Assembly: GCA_965242695.1 (NCBI GenBank)
Contig: CBDESU010000002.1
Location: forward strand, 160,001-224,000
Length of the DNA stretch: 64,000 nucleotides
DNA from: Cenarchaeum sp.
GTDB lineage: Archaea > Thermoproteota > Nitrososphaeria > Nitrososphaerales > Nitrosopumilaceae
Direction: 5' to 3'
The first letter of the stretch is position 1. Each line of letters begins with the position of its first letter. The position numbers and the translations under genes were made by a program. Positions 30,386 through 41,121 of this stretch are shown one piece after another. The notes under the pieces were generated by a model that searched no databases, was not told where the DNA came from, and worked only from the letters and a program-made list of their open reading frames with translations.

Positions 30386-30619
30386 GGCGGGCGCTAGAAG
30401 GGGGAGGGGCACGACTCGTAGCGCTGTACGCAGGAGGATGTGCAGGCGCCGCCACGCCTGGCTAGCGCCGCCGCTAGAGCCGGCCGGTTCGCCGTGTCCC
30501 CATTCCAATCGCGCACGCATCACCCCCAAAGCGTGCGCAGGCTCTCGGCTGACGACGGATGCGCCAAGTACGCAGCTGCGCCACGCCGTTATTATGGGAC
30601 GGCTTTTGGCCGCCCGCGC

Positions 30620-31432
30620 ATGAGGCTCTGCGCAGTAATGGACTACGGCCCGATTGTCCCCGACATGGAGGTGACGTCATGCCCAAGGCGCATGGCCGCC
30701 AACGACGGGCGCGACTATGTAGTAAAAATGTACGGCGACGACAGCCTCAAGTCGCGCTTCAACGAGTATGTTGCGACAAGGATTGCGCAGGAGGCGGGGT
30801 TGTCCGTGGCCGAGCCCGCCGTAGTCTATATTGACGCTGAATTCATAGGGCGGACATTGGGCCTCCAGAAAACTAAGACGCGGCCAGGCCCACACTTTGC
30901 AACACTGTTCTACGACAAGGCGTACGACATGCGCGGCAGGGTGCATCCCAGACCTAGACAACCACAGATCGCAAACCTAGAGGAAGTCCCAGCCTTTGTG
31001 GCATTTGACGTCTTTGCGCACAGCACTGACCGCAACGACGGCAACACCCTCTTGGTTCCGTCAAACGGCGGGCGCGCCGGCTACCGCTACCTGCTCATAG
31101 ACCACGGGCACTGCTTTGGCGGGCCGGGATGGGACTCGGACACCGCGGCCAGCCTTCCGTACAAGACTGCAGACATGCCGTGGCAAACAGACGCAATATC
31201 CGGCGAATCCTCATTTCGCGGCCCTGTCGACAAGATGACGCAGACTAGTCGGGCAGACATGGACAGGGCCAAGGACAGAATGCCCAGCGAGTGGGGCATA
31301 CCCGACGACGAGTATGACATCCTAAAAACCGCAATGTCGTCAAGAGATCCGAAGAAAATAATGGACGCCACAAGGTCCGACAAGAGGCACTTTCCAGGGT
31401 GGGCGAGCGGCCTAGACAGGTGGAGTTCCTAA
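30620..31432 (+). CDS. HipA-like (HipA_2) kinase
   Basis: YVVK, FNEYVATRIA, FDVFAHSTDRNDGNTLL and LIDHGHCF are PI3K/HipA-like kinase motifs. Confidence 0.85.
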   Translation: MRLCAVMDYGPIVPDMEVTSCPRRMAANDGRDYVVKMYGDDSLKSRFNEYVATRIAQEAGLSVAEPAVVYIDAEFIGRTLGLQKTKTRPGPHFATLFYDKAYDMRGRVHPRPRQPQIANLEEVPAFVAFDVFAHSTDRNDGNTLLVPSNGGRAGYRYLLIDHGHCFGGPGWDSDTAASLPYKTADMPWQTDAISGESSFRGPVDKMTQTSRADMDRAKDRMPSEWGIPDDEYDILKTAMSSRDPKKIMDATRSDKRHFPGWASGLDRWSS

Positions 31433-32253
31433 TGGGCGCGTACAGCTACTCCGTCTCTAGGTTCGTGCCGGACCCGATAAAAAACGAGCCTGTCAACATC
31501 GGGGTGATAGTTGTCGATCCGGAGACGGGCAAGGCGGCTCACAGATTTCTGCATAGCCTGCGCAGCCTAAGCCCGCGATGCCCCGGGGCGGATCTAAAAT
31601 CCCTCGAGGGGATCGTAAATTCCATCCAAGTCACAGATATGCCAGGCGGCGTCGACGACCTCGAGGATCTTGCGCAGGGGTACACCAACCTTTTGCAATT
31701 CACACCGCCGCGCGCGGTGGTCGCTTCGTCCCTAGAAGACTCGCTACAGCGCGCGTTCGAAACATACATAGGCAGGGACGTGGTGCGGGCCGGATCAGGC
31801 CGCGTAAAAAGCCCAAAGGAAATCCTGCTCATGGAAATCGACGCTGCGCTGTCAAACGACGGTAATTTTATGGGAGGAGTGGTGGCGAAGCGGCATGCGT
31901 TTGCCGGTCGGCGTGGCCGCTTTGTCCCGGATCGCAGCGTCTCCTCCCGCGACTGGATATTTGCGCTACATGCGATTTCGTTTAACGTGAAGGCAGGGGC
32001 GAAAATTCAGTCGGTGCTAAATGATGCCAAGGCGTTTGCAGTCGATTTTGAAGATGCAAGGGAGAAAAATGAAGGGCTGGAGTGCACCGTAGTGATGGAA
32101 CCGGCGGCGGCCGGCGAGTGCGAGGGGGCAGAGTCATGCGCCCAAGCAATCGGTCACCTAAAAGACAGAGACTGCAAGGTAATCCGGCGGAACGGCATAA
32201 AACCGTGCGCCCAACAACTGGGGCGGCGCCTGGGGGCATCCGGCCTGCCATAA
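31432..32253 (+). CDS. DUF3037 protein (partner of the HipA-like kinase)
   Basis: YSYSVSRFVPDPIKNEPVNIGVIV and LQFTPPR motifs; TAATG translational coupling to the kinase. Confidence 0.85.
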   Translation: MGAYSYSVSRFVPDPIKNEPVNIGVIVVDPETGKAAHRFLHSLRSLSPRCPGADLKSLEGIVNSIQVTDMPGGVDDLEDLAQGYTNLLQFTPPRAVVASSLEDSLQRAFETYIGRDVVRAGSGRVKSPKEILLMEIDAALSNDGNFMGGVVAKRHAFAGRRGRFVPDRSVSSRDWIFALHAISFNVKAGAKIQSVLNDAKAFAVDFEDAREKNEGLECTVVMEPAAAGECEGAESCAQAIGHLKDRDCKVIRRNGIKPCAQQLGRRLGASGLP

Positions 32254-32514
32254 TGTCCGCCACATCAAACCTCACGGCCGCGGGCCTAGCGCTACGCAAC
32301 CGGCGCAGGGCTGCCGGGATCCGCAGGACAGTAAATTCCATAGAAAGCCTTATCTGCCTACTCGGCGGCCGCTCTCCGAAGTGAGGCATCACAACGACAA
32401 CAGTGCCGGTCCATTCCAGATCCCCTGCCTGCAGGCAGGCAAGGACGATGACACGCTGCGCGGGGAAGCACGCGGGCGGCGCAGTGAAGCGCGTCAACAG
32501 AGACTAGAAGGACG

Positions 32515-33066
32515 GTGGATCACGTGACAGACTCAAGTCAGAAAGGGCTCGTCATAGTGTACACGGGCGGCGGCAAGGGAAAGACCACCGCCGCCCTCGG
32601 CCTCGCGCTGCGGGCGTCGGGGTACGGGCGCCGCATCTGCATGGTCCAGTTCATAAAGGGATCGTGGCACTACGGCGAGATGGACTCGGCAGAGATGCTC
32701 GGGCCCCGGTTCGAGCTCGTCCCGGCCGGCAAGGGGTTCGTCGGAATCATAGACGACAAGAGCCCGCGCTCCGAGCACGAGGCCGCCGCGCGGGCGGCCC
32801 TCGCCGAGGCAAAGAGACGCATCGACTCGGACGCGTACGACCTGGTCATACTCGACGAGGTCAACTACGCCGTAGGACTCGGCCTGGTCGGCATCGGGGA
32901 CGTGCTCGACATAGTCCGCGGCAGGCCCGCGCGCCTGGATGTGGTGCTGACCGGCAACGGGGCGCGCGAGGAGCTGATCGGCGAGGCCGACCTGGTCACG
33001 GAGATGAGAGAGATCAAGCACCCGTACAAGTCGGGCATCAAGGCCAAGAAGGGAATCGACTTTTGA
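32515..33066 (+). CDS. cobO: Cob(I)yrinic acid a,c-diamide adenosyltransferase
   Basis: VYTGGGKGKTTAALG, VQFIKG, LVILDEVN, VLTG and EIKHPY...GIDF motifs. Confidence 0.96.
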   Translation: MDHVTDSSQKGLVIVYTGGGKGKTTAALGLALRASGYGRRICMVQFIKGSWHYGEMDSAEMLGPRFELVPAGKGFVGIIDDKSPRSEHEAAARAALAEAKRRIDSDAYDLVILDEVNYAVGLGLVGIGDVLDIVRGRPARLDVVLTGNGAREELIGEADLVTEMREIKHPYKSGIKAKKGIDF

Positions 33067-33134
33067 GCGCCCGCGGGCGGCGGCACGACGCGGCCGCTTG
33101 GCGGCCTTTAGGAGAAATGGGGGGCCGGGCAGGC

Positions 33135-33356
33135 CTAGAAACCCTGCCAAGCGCCCGGCGCGGATGCGCCCTGCCTGTTCTTGAACGGGCAGGTGCCTCC
33201 TTCCCCGTCGTACTCGCCGTCGTGTGCACCGTCGGCGCCCGTCGGCTCGGCCTGCCCGCCTGGTGCCGCGTACGCGTACCCGATCGGGGCGACCGCAATC
33301 GAAAGGATCGCCGTCACTGCAACGGCCGCAAGCACGGCCGTCGTTGCCTTGTTCAT
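33135..33356 (-). CDS. Small secreted hypothetical protein
   Basis: Signal-peptide-like N-terminus ending in AYA; acidic body and CPFK motif; TTAA box upstream. Confidence 0.6.
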   Translation of the reverse strand: MNKATTAVLAAVAVTAILSIAVAPIGYAYAAPGGQAEPTGADGAHDGEYDGEGGTCPFKNRQGASAPGAWQGF

Positions 33357-33689
33357 GCCCCGCCCCGCAGGCGGCCCTACTTAACAGTTGGGCAAGCGGC
33401 CCGCGGCGGCCCGCGGCGGCCCCGCACGGCGCAGGGGCAGCGCCGGACGCTGCCGGCAAGAGGCCCGAACAGCCCGGCCTGCCCGCTGCGCGCGGCCCCC
33501 GCCCGGGCTCCCCCATGCCAGGGCGCCAAGGGAATGCCGCGCGCCGCCGGACCGCTACGCAGGGACGGCGCGCGGCACGGGACTGCGCGCAGCCCGCATC
33601 GCAGCCCTGGCCCGGCGCCCGCGCCCGCCGTGCGCGCCCCAGCCACGGCTCGCGCCGCCCGTCCCGCATCCTCGGGATCGCACTGGCTC

Positions 33690-34349
33690 CTACTCCCGCC
33701 GAACATGCCTTACGACGTCCTCTGGCCCGTCCACTAGGACAGCCCCGTGCCCGACCAGCCCTCCCGCCCAAGAGGCTGCGGGGCCCGACACGACCGACCG
33801 GTGCAGGAACAGCGGCCTGCCGAGCCTGATCGCATCCAGGGCGTGGTGCCTTGTCCCGCTAGAGCTGCCCGTCGCGCTCGCAACCACGGTTGCATCCGAC
33901 AGCAGGGCCATCGTAGTGTTGCGCCTGACAAAGTTCGACCGCGATACCGGGCTGCCCTCCTCAAACTGCGAGACGGCCAGGTGGCCGCGCACGATCTCTT
34001 CCTGTAGGCCGGCGTTTGACGCGGGGTACGACCTTTCAAGGGGCGTGCCGATCACCGCGATTGTGCGTCCTCCCGAGTCGATGGCCTCGCGGTGCGCCGC
34101 CGCGTCCACTCCCGCGGCCAGCCCGCTGACGACCACGGCACCGGCCCCCGACAGGGCCCTCGAGACGGCGCGGGCCGCGGCCAGGCCAGAGTCGGGGGCG
34201 TTCCTCGACCCTATTACCGAGACCCTCGGCCCGGGCAGGGGAATCTCCATGGGGCCCGCCGCATGCAGCGCGCGCGGGGCGCACTTTGCCTCCGCTGCGG
34301 CGAGCCGGCGGCCAAGCAGGTCCTCCATGCCGACCGTCCGAACCGCCAT
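33690..34349 (-). CDS. dprA: DprA/Smf (SLOG-family) DNA-processing protein
   Basis: VSVIGSRNA, VVSGLAAGVDAAAH, TIAVIGTPL, YPASN, FVRRN and SGT motifs. Confidence 0.9.
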   Translation of the reverse strand: MAVRTVGMEDLLGRRLAAAEAKCAPRALHAAGPMEIPLPGPRVSVIGSRNAPDSGLAAARAVSRALSGAGAVVVSGLAAGVDAAAHREAIDSGGRTIAVIGTPLERSYPASNAGLQEEIVRGHLAVSQFEEGSPVSRSNFVRRNTTMALLSDATVVASATGSSSGTRHHALDAIRLGRPLFLHRSVVSGPAASWAGGLVGHGAVLVDGPEDVVRHVRRE

Positions 34350-34659
34350 TCCCGCCCGGCCTCTTGGCCGGGCCCCGGTCACCACGACCCCGCGCCCCCG
34401 GCGGGCGGCCCCGGCGCCATCGGCCCGCCCCGCGGCGCTGGAGCCAGGCGGCGCCCCACCCAGCGGCAGCTGCTCCTGCACGGCCAACGGCGGCGGCCGG
34501 CGGCGCCCGCCTAAATGCATTCGCCGGCCGAGGCGCCCGAAGTTCGGACGGGAGGAACGGCGCCGCATGCTCCGCGCCGGCGCAGGCTAGGGCCAGGCCG
34601 CGTCACGCGGAAAGGAGAACCCTGCCGCGCGGCCGCCGCGGATGCTGCGGGGCCGAGTG

Positions 34660-35121
34660 CTACGGGGCGTACGTTCCCGTCAGGACGGCCCGCTCGATCA
34701 CGTGCCCCTTCACGGCCCCCTCGAGCGCGGCGCGATCCGAGCCGGCGGCAAGCCCGATCCTTGCATCCAGTGCGTACAGCGTGAAGACGTACGTGTGCCG
34801 GCCGTCGGGCGGGGCCGGCCCGCCGTAGCCCGTGCTACCAAAGTCCGTGAGGCCCTCTGCGGCCCCCTCGGGCAGCGGGCCCGTCCCCCCGCCTAGCCGC
34901 CCCGCCTCCGGCGGAATGTCCCACACCGTCCAGTGCACCCACACCCTGCCGGCCGGCTTCATTGCGTCCGGGTCGTCGACCACCAACGCAAGCGAGCGGC
35001 ACCCGTCCGGCACGCCGGAAAACTCGAGCGGCGGCGTGGCGTTGCCGTTCTTGTAGCCGTGCCTGCGCGGAATCTCCGCGCCGTCCGCGAACGCGGGGCT
35101 CGACAAGCGCAGTGCCGCCAT
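34660..35121 (-). CDS. YbhB/YbcL (PEBP / Raf kinase inhibitor-like) protein
   Basis: LSSPAF, LVVDDPDA, WVHW, YGGPAPP and HTYVFTLYALD motifs. Confidence 0.93.
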   Translation of the reverse strand: MAALRLSSPAFADGAEIPRRHGYKNGNATPPLEFSGVPDGCRSLALVVDDPDAMKPAGRVWVHWTVWDIPPEAGRLGGGTGPLPEGAAEGLTDFGSTGYGGPAPPDGRHTYVFTLYALDARIGLAAGSDRAALEGAVKGHVIERAVLTGTYAP

Positions 35122-35200
35122 GCGGCGCGGCGCCGCTGGCTTGCAATTAACCCTTCCGGGGGCGCGCCGCGGGGCGCGATCGGCGCCCGCTCCAGCGCAG

Positions 35201-36274
35201 TCATCGGCCGGCCCCGGCCCCCGCCGCCGCACCGCCGGCGCCCCGGCCGCGCATCCACGAGATCACCTCGTCCAGGCTCTCGCCGAGGGACACCTCGGCC
35301 TCGAACCCGAGGACGCGCCTGGCCTTTCCCACGTCCGGCACGCGCCGCTGCACGTCGTGCTCGTACGGCGGGTCGGATACGAGCCTGAGCGGCCGCCCCG
35401 GGTTGATCCTCTCCCACACCATCCGGGCAAGCTCGGATACCGTCGTCCCCCTCGCCGACGACAGGTTGAAGTCTTCGTTTGCGGCATCGGGCGACTCCAT
35501 GGCCATCCGCAGCCCCCTCGCCACGTCCCTCCCGTTCGTGTAGTGCCGCACCTGCGCGCCCGACCCGAGGATGCGCAGGGGGTCCTGGCCGGCCAGGCAC
35601 TTTGCGGCCAGGTCGGGCACCACGTGCGACATGAGGAGCCTGACGTTGCCCGACATCACCTCTTCCTCGCCGAGCGCCCTGTCCTCGCCGACTCCGACGC
35701 AGTTGAACGGCCTCACTATCGTGTATGGCAGGCCGTACTGCTCGCGCGCGCCGTACGCAAAGTACTCGGACGCGAGCTTTTGAAAGCCGTACGTCGACGA
35801 CGGCGGCGGGCACGCGGCCTCGTGCCCCTCGGGCGTCGGCCATACGGACGCATTCTCAAAGACCATGCTCGAGCTGACGACGACGATGCGGCGGAGGCGT
35901 CCCCTCGAGTGCCGGTCCACCGCGATATCGAACGTGTTGGCCAGTATGCGTTCGTTGGCTGCGAGCAGGTCGTACGCCCGCCTGTGAAAGTACGATATGC
36001 CCCCGATCATGGCCGCGCCGGCCACGATGTAGTCGAACTCGGTGCCGGCCTCCTCCCCCTCTACCAGGCTGCGGCGGAACGCCTCGCCGGCGCAGTCGGC
36101 CCTGACAAGGCGGAACGACGGGTGCGAGTCGTGCGGGCGCACGAGCGGGCCGTACTTTGAGTAGTCGTCGACGCCGACGACCGAGTACCCGCGGCCGAGC
36201 AGCTCGGCGCACACGTACGAGCCGATGAACCCCTGCGATCCGGTGACGAGCACCGTCCCCCTCTCCGCCGCCAA
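35201..36274 (-). CDS. NAD-dependent nucleotide-sugar epimerase/dehydratase
   Basis: VLVTGSQGFIG, YGFQK (YxxxK), IVRPFNCVG and DVQRRVPD motifs. Confidence 0.92.
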   Translation of the reverse strand: MAAERGTVLVTGSQGFIGSYVCAELLGRGYSVVGVDDYSKYGPLVRPHDSHPSFRLVRADCAGEAFRRSLVEGEEAGTEFDYIVAGAAMIGGISYFHRRAYDLLAANERILANTFDIAVDRHSRGRLRRIVVVSSSMVFENASVWPTPEGHEAACPPPSSTYGFQKLASEYFAYGAREQYGLPYTIVRPFNCVGVGEDRALGEEEVMSGNVRLLMSHVVPDLAAKCLAGQDPLRILGSGAQVRHYTNGRDVARGLRMAMESPDAANEDFNLSSARGTTVSELARMVWERINPGRPLRLVSDPPYEHDVQRRVPDVGKARRVLGFEAEVSLGESLDEVISWMRGRGAGGAAAGAGAGR

Positions 36275-36392
36275 CGGAGCGGCGGGCGCGGCCGAGCGTA
36301 ATAAGCGGTCGGGAGGGGGGCGCAGGAGGGGGGGGCGGAGGCTCCCGCATGCCGCGCAAAACCCTCAAAAGCCGCCCCGGTGCGGCCCCTGC

Positions 36393-36923
36393 ATGAAATG
36401 GAAGATGAGGTGCCTCGTGTGCGGCGGGCAGTTCGCCGTCGATGCCATAGAGGCGCACCTGCCCGAGTGCCTAGAGAAGGCAGGTGCAAAGGGAGGCCCC
36501 CGGTGCAAGGAGGAAACGTTCGTCGTGACGGCCAAGTGGAAGGGCCAGCGCCTGATAGTCAGGGTGGCCGCCTCCGCCAGCCTGTACGACCTGGAGCATC
36601 TCGTCCGGTACGAGTGGTTCCACTGGGACCACCTGAGCGCCTTTGTCATCGAGGGCGCCGAGTACGCGTGGAACGAGGATGATGCGAGCATGCGCGGCGT
36701 CCCGACGATGGAGGAGACGAAGGTCGGCGACGTGTTGCGCGGCGTGTCCCGCTTCAAGTACGAGTACGACTTTGGATCCACCAAGCGGGTGTACCTCGCG
36801 TCGAGCCCCGTGCCGGCCGGCGCCGCCGCAATGAAGGAAGAGATCGACGTGGTCGCCGAGCGCGTCGAGGAGGAAAAGGAGCCTGCCGCAGAGCGGAAGG
36901 ACATGGCCTTGGAGGATTTTTAG
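36393..36923 (+). CDS. pRiA4b ORF3-like (IS1096 passenger TnpR-like) protein with an N-terminal CxxC...H...C finger
   Basis: VAASASLYDLEHLV, DHLSAF and FKYEYDFGS family motifs. Confidence 0.75.
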   Translation: MKWKMRCLVCGGQFAVDAIEAHLPECLEKAGAKGGPRCKEETFVVTAKWKGQRLIVRVAASASLYDLEHLVRYEWFHWDHLSAFVIEGAEYAWNEDDASMRGVPTMEETKVGDVLRGVSRFKYEYDFGSTKRVYLASSPVPAGAAAMKEEIDVVAERVEEEKEPAAERKDMALEDF

Positions 36924-37282
36924 TAAGAATAGGACGCGGGCCCAGAGGCGGCCGCCATGCGCACGGTCGCCGGCCCACCCCTTCTGCCAGAGCCTGGGCA
37001 GGCGGACGGCATACGGCTTTGCCTCGAACCGCATGCTAGGCACGCCCCGCGGAAAGTCCCTAGTGGCCCTGCGGGACACATGCGCCGGGGAACACTTTCC
37101 GGTAGTGTGGATAGAGGCGGCGCTTGTGGGTCAAGAGAAGCAGATTAATAGCCCATGCCCGGACTGCGCACGATTGCCATGCTGGTGAAAAAGTTGGGCC
37201 CCGCGGGCGTCGGGGGCACGGGCCCCGCGGGCGTCGGGCTCGTCCAGCTCAACTCGCGGATTGAAACCTACGGTGATGAGAT

Positions 37283-38413
37283 ATGACAGACGGTGACAGT
37301 CTCCCAAGAGTGCAAAGCAAAAAAGAGTTTCATGAATGCCTTGAAAGCTGGATATCTCCACCCAAGCGCGAAAACGACGAAGAGTTGGGAGGACGCCTCG
37401 GGGAGCTCAAGTCATACGTGCTAGAGACAAATGGCGGTTGTAAAAAAGAAGGAACGGAGGGCGGCATGGCGTGGTCTGTGACTGACACAGGGGTGAACAA
37501 GTTGAAAATCTTACAGGTGAGATGCGACGGGGTTGTATACGAAGCATTTATGGACACGTCCGATAGTCGCTTCTACGTCCTACATACTAACGAGAGATCG
37601 GAAATCGCCACCAAAATTGTGGATATGTTTACAGACGGTTGGTCACACTCGTTTGACAGGACATGGATGTACCACGGTATACTTAAAGCAATAGCTAAAA
37701 AAACCGGAAATTCGTTCAAGGGATTCGGTGCCAGGTATTCTGATGAACTCCGCCGCAAAGCAAACGAGGACGGTAGCACATCAGAGATTGAAGACATAAA
37801 CCTGACTATCAATGGGTCAATGGCCCACAAAATAGAACAAATTATGCATAACGCAGAAGGCCTTGAAGACACAATTGCATACAACAAGCTTCGCATCATG
37901 CGTGGCGAAGGCACCAACCCCGACGAATATGCTTCTGACGATGTCAGAAATACGGGGTATTTTGCTATGAAACATGGGAAATCTGTACTCGATCACCTAG
38001 ATCTAGTGAGGATATCAAAAGATGTGTACTCAAACACGGTCATCGGTATTGAAGGCCATAGACTAGGAACACGGCAGGTCGACGGTAGGCACATTATAAA
38101 AGGCAAGACTCTAGATTTCACTTTCAAGAAGCCCATAGCAGACTTAAGGCTATTCATAAGCAGAGTGTTCGGATCTAGCAGACCTTTCAATCTCTGGGGG
38201 CTCGAGTCCGAGCTGGAAGATGGCTATTTTGACGTCCTAGGAATCGACCTGCATACGGGCGATTCCATGAACTTTGAGATTGCGAAGGATTTCATGCGAG
38301 TCTACCTCTCGGAAGGAAGCTGTGGTAACTCGGTGCTTCGCCTGCTCACCAACCTGCAGATGTACTACGGTCGAGGGGTAATCTGTGAACGAGTTGATCA
38401 ACTTGTACGCTAA
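37283..38413 (+). CDS. Hypothetical protein, family 'A' of the repeated two-gene module (divergent copy, low GC)
   Basis: 376 aa. The C-terminal GIDLHTGDSMNFEI...MRVYL...SVLRLLTNL aligns by eye with LVDHMDGSSFEIW...ITIVP...SLSRLIAHI of 44690-45823. Confidence 0.75.
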   Translation: MTDGDSLPRVQSKKEFHECLESWISPPKRENDEELGGRLGELKSYVLETNGGCKKEGTEGGMAWSVTDTGVNKLKILQVRCDGVVYEAFMDTSDSRFYVLHTNERSEIATKIVDMFTDGWSHSFDRTWMYHGILKAIAKKTGNSFKGFGARYSDELRRKANEDGSTSEIEDINLTINGSMAHKIEQIMHNAEGLEDTIAYNKLRIMRGEGTNPDEYASDDVRNTGYFAMKHGKSVLDHLDLVRISKDVYSNTVIGIEGHRLGTRQVDGRHIIKGKTLDFTFKKPIADLRLFISRVFGSSRPFNLWGLESELEDGYFDVLGIDLHTGDSMNFEIAKDFMRVYLSEGSCGNSVLRLLTNLQMYYGRGVICERVDQLVR

Positions 38414-39220
38414 TAAGCACACAAGACTTGTGAATAAATTTATCGGGCTGTGCGCCGGAGCCGTGGGCTGGCCTTTGCCGCTTGGACCATAGGATATGAG
38501 GTGCAATTGATCGAAGTAGTCGTAATTTTAGACTCGGCCCGTCGAGTCGTCCCCGATCTGATCGCCTGCTCGCAAACCCTCGATCATGCTATTGTGGCAG
38601 AGTGAAAGGGCGGGTCGTCTCTAGATATTGCGCAGGACGAAAAGTACAAAGAGATGACTGCCGCAAACATAACCAGCGTGGTGACAGTTGATAATGGGAT
38701 CAATTGACGCATATCGTGGCATATGTGGTCGATTCTGACAAATACAGTCAGCTTTACGCCAACACGTCGTCTCCTTTATAGTATTCGGCGACGATTGTGT
38801 AGGGGGCGGGGAGATTTTAAATTGGAAAAGCTTAACAACGCTCTGCAAAAAGTGGAATTTCATGGTACGCGACTATAGTCCACCAAATACTGCTCTTTTT
38901 CACACGACGATGCAACTGGCGTGATCGTCTCGTATGCGATTAATGCGGTAATGCAGTGTATCAAAAAACATCCCAAATTTAAATTTGATCCAAGCGATGA
39001 GGATAGCATTACGGCAATACTAAAATGAACGCATGCATGTTATGACCTGATTTCAAGCAAACATCAAAGAGTCCTGCGGAGGAAAATCAGAGAAATGTTA
39101 AAGCAAATAAAGCAAGCCAATCCATATTTCACAAGGCAGATTACCAAGATACGGATGAAAGGGCACAGTATTGCCGTCATTCGTGAGCTTAATATAATAT
39201 GTAAAAGAATAATCAGCGAC
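38403..39220 (+). pseudogene. PD-(D/E)xK nuclease pseudogene ('B' partner); 3' end approximate
   Basis: TTG start overlaps the end of A: YANKHTRLVNKFIGLC, frameshift, then IGYEVQLIE...VVPDLIACS...HAIVAE*KGG...QDEKY (TGA at 38603), followed by further frameshifts and stops; very AT-rich. Confidence 0.7.
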
Positions 39221-39499
39221 TATGTAGTCCAACAACGCCTAGATTGACACGACCAAGCAAGGTCGTCCATGTCGACTACGTCGCAGGGCTGAGCCCTCTT
39301 TTGCAGGACAGCGGCGGGGGCAGAGATGTCGCGGCCGGGCCGCCCCGCTCGCCGGCGGCGACGGGGGCAGCTGGGGCAGGGCGCGGCGCCGGGCATCCCG
39401 GGGGCGCCGCCCGGGCCCGCGTCGGCGCGGCAGGGCCCGCCGCCCCGCAGTCCCGCATCTTCGAAAAGCCGCAGGACTGTCCTTGCCCTGACTGCGACG

Positions 39500-39770
39500 G
39501 GGGCCCGCATCCCGCCCTCCCCCTTGTAGTCCCGGCGCTCGAACGGCAGGCGCCGCCGGCGCCACCGCTCGACCGGGCCCTTAAAGTCGACGACCCTTGT
39601 GCCCTCTACGAGCCGCTCGCCCTCGAGCCTTCGCAGCAGCTTGTAGGTCCGCGCGTGCCCGACGCCCACCAGCCTGGCCGCGCACTGCCTTGAAGGGTCT
39701 CCGCGCGGCTAGTTGAGCGGCGCCCCGGTGATCCCGCCCTTGAAGCAGGTTCAGTACTCGGTCTTCACGG
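39500..39770 (-). pseudogene. Remnant of a wHTH protein (possibly AbiEi-antitoxin-like N-terminus)
   Basis: AARLVGVGHARTYKLLRRLEGERLVEGTRVVD...W is HTH-like; interrupted upstream and degenerate downstream. Confidence 0.4.
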
Positions 39771-40051
39771 CAAGCCACGCGCGCGGCACTACAAAAAATA
39801 TGATGTTTTTTGCCCTGTGGCGGCCTAAAAACGACATATGTGCTTTTGAGGGGTGTGGGAAAAGGCGGCAGCCGAGCAGCCGCAGGCATCAGATCACGCG
39901 CGCGGGCAGGAGCAGACGAGGAAAGCGATGGCATTCGCATCCCTCTGTGCCGTGCGTTGCGGGCGCGCGCCTAGCCCATGCGGCCTCCGCTCGGCGCCGG
40001 ATCGTCCTCCTGCTCAGGGTTTAATTGGCACGCATGCGGCGGCGCGCCGTC

Positions 40052-40855
40052 ATGCCGCCCGATCCGCCCCCCGAGCTGCCCGAAGAGGGCGACATCGTAA
40101 TCGGCACCGTCGTCGAGATCATCGACCACGGCGCGTACGTCTCGCTCGACGAGTTCGACGGCATGCGCGGCTTCCTGCACATTGGCGAGATAGCCCCAGG
40201 CTGGATACGGTCCATACGGCGCCACCTCAAGGACGGCGAGAAAAAGGTCCTCCGCGTAAAGCGCGTCGACCCGCGCAGGTCCGACGTGTTCCTGTCGCTC
40301 AAGCAGGTCTCTGCCGAGCAGCGCAAGATGAAGATGCACGAGGCCAAAAAGTACGAAAAGGGTCGGACCCTGCTCGACAGCGTCCGCGAGCGCGCCGGCC
40401 TCACCGACGAGGAGACGGCAAGGATAGAGGCGGCCCTCGACGCCAAGTTCAACACCGTCCACGACGCCTTCCTGGAGATAGCCCGCGCCGGCGGCCCCGA
40501 CGGGCTCCTCAAGGGGCTTCGCCTGCCCCCAAAGGCCGCAAAGGCCATAGCCGAGGTCAGCTCCAAGATACGCCTCCCGTCCGTCGAGATCAGGGGGATA
40601 ATGGAGATTACGAGCGCCAGGCCCGACGGCGTAGAGGTGATCAAAAAGGCCCTGTCCGGCGCGCTCGGCATGCCCGGCGTCGAGGTCACGTACCTCGGGG
40701 CCCCAAAGTACCGCATCGCCGTGACCGCAAAGGACTTCAAGTCGGCCGAGAGGGAGCTAAAGCCGATCGTCGACGGCGTCCAGCGCGCCGTCGAGAAGAA
40801 AAAGGGCTCGTTCGCGTTCTCGCGCGAAGAGTCCAGGAAGACCAGGGAGGGCTGA
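40052..40855 (+). CDS. eif2a: Archaeal translation initiation factor 2 alpha subunit
   Basis: LPEEGDIVIGTV, GAYVSLDEF, FLHIGEIAPGWI (S1 domain), DGVEVIKKAL and YLGAPKYRI motifs. Confidence 0.96.
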   Translation: MPPDPPPELPEEGDIVIGTVVEIIDHGAYVSLDEFDGMRGFLHIGEIAPGWIRSIRRHLKDGEKKVLRVKRVDPRRSDVFLSLKQVSAEQRKMKMHEAKKYEKGRTLLDSVRERAGLTDEETARIEAALDAKFNTVHDAFLEIARAGGPDGLLKGLRLPPKAAKAIAEVSSKIRLPSVEIRGIMEITSARPDGVEVIKKALSGALGMPGVEVTYLGAPKYRIAVTAKDFKSAERELKPIVDGVQRAVEKKKGSFAFSREESRKTREG

Positions 40856-40860
40856 CAAAA

Positions 40861-41121
40861 CTGGCAAAGCCGCTGATGCGCAGGTGCCCCGCATGCGGCC
40901 GCTACACGCTGAAGCGCGAGTGCGGTGAGTGCGGTGAGGATACGGCCGGCGCCCACCCCGCCAGGTACTCGCCCGACGACAAGTACGCAAGGTACAGGCT
41001 AGCCGAGAGGTACGCCGAGGCCGGCGGGCAGGGGCCGGGCGAAGAGGCGGGCCCTGGGCCCGCCGCAGGCGAAGAGGCCAAGGAGGGCGCGGCGGGCGCC
41101 CCGGCGGTGCCCGGGGCGTGA
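40861..41121 (+). CDS. nop10: H/ACA RNP protein Nop10
   Basis: MRRCPACGRYTLK...CGECG...AHPARYSPDDKYARYR; conserved position after aIF2a. Start could be ATG at 40876. Confidence 0.93.
   Translation: MAKPLMRRCPACGRYTLKRECGECGEDTAGAHPARYSPDDKYARYRLAERYAEAGGQGPGEEAGPGPAAGEEAKEGAAGAPAVPGA

Noticed and set aside
38603-38605. In-frame TGA at a Cys-like position as possible selenocysteine or readthrough
   Set aside because: The same gene has several other frameshifts and stops, so simple pseudogenisation explains it.
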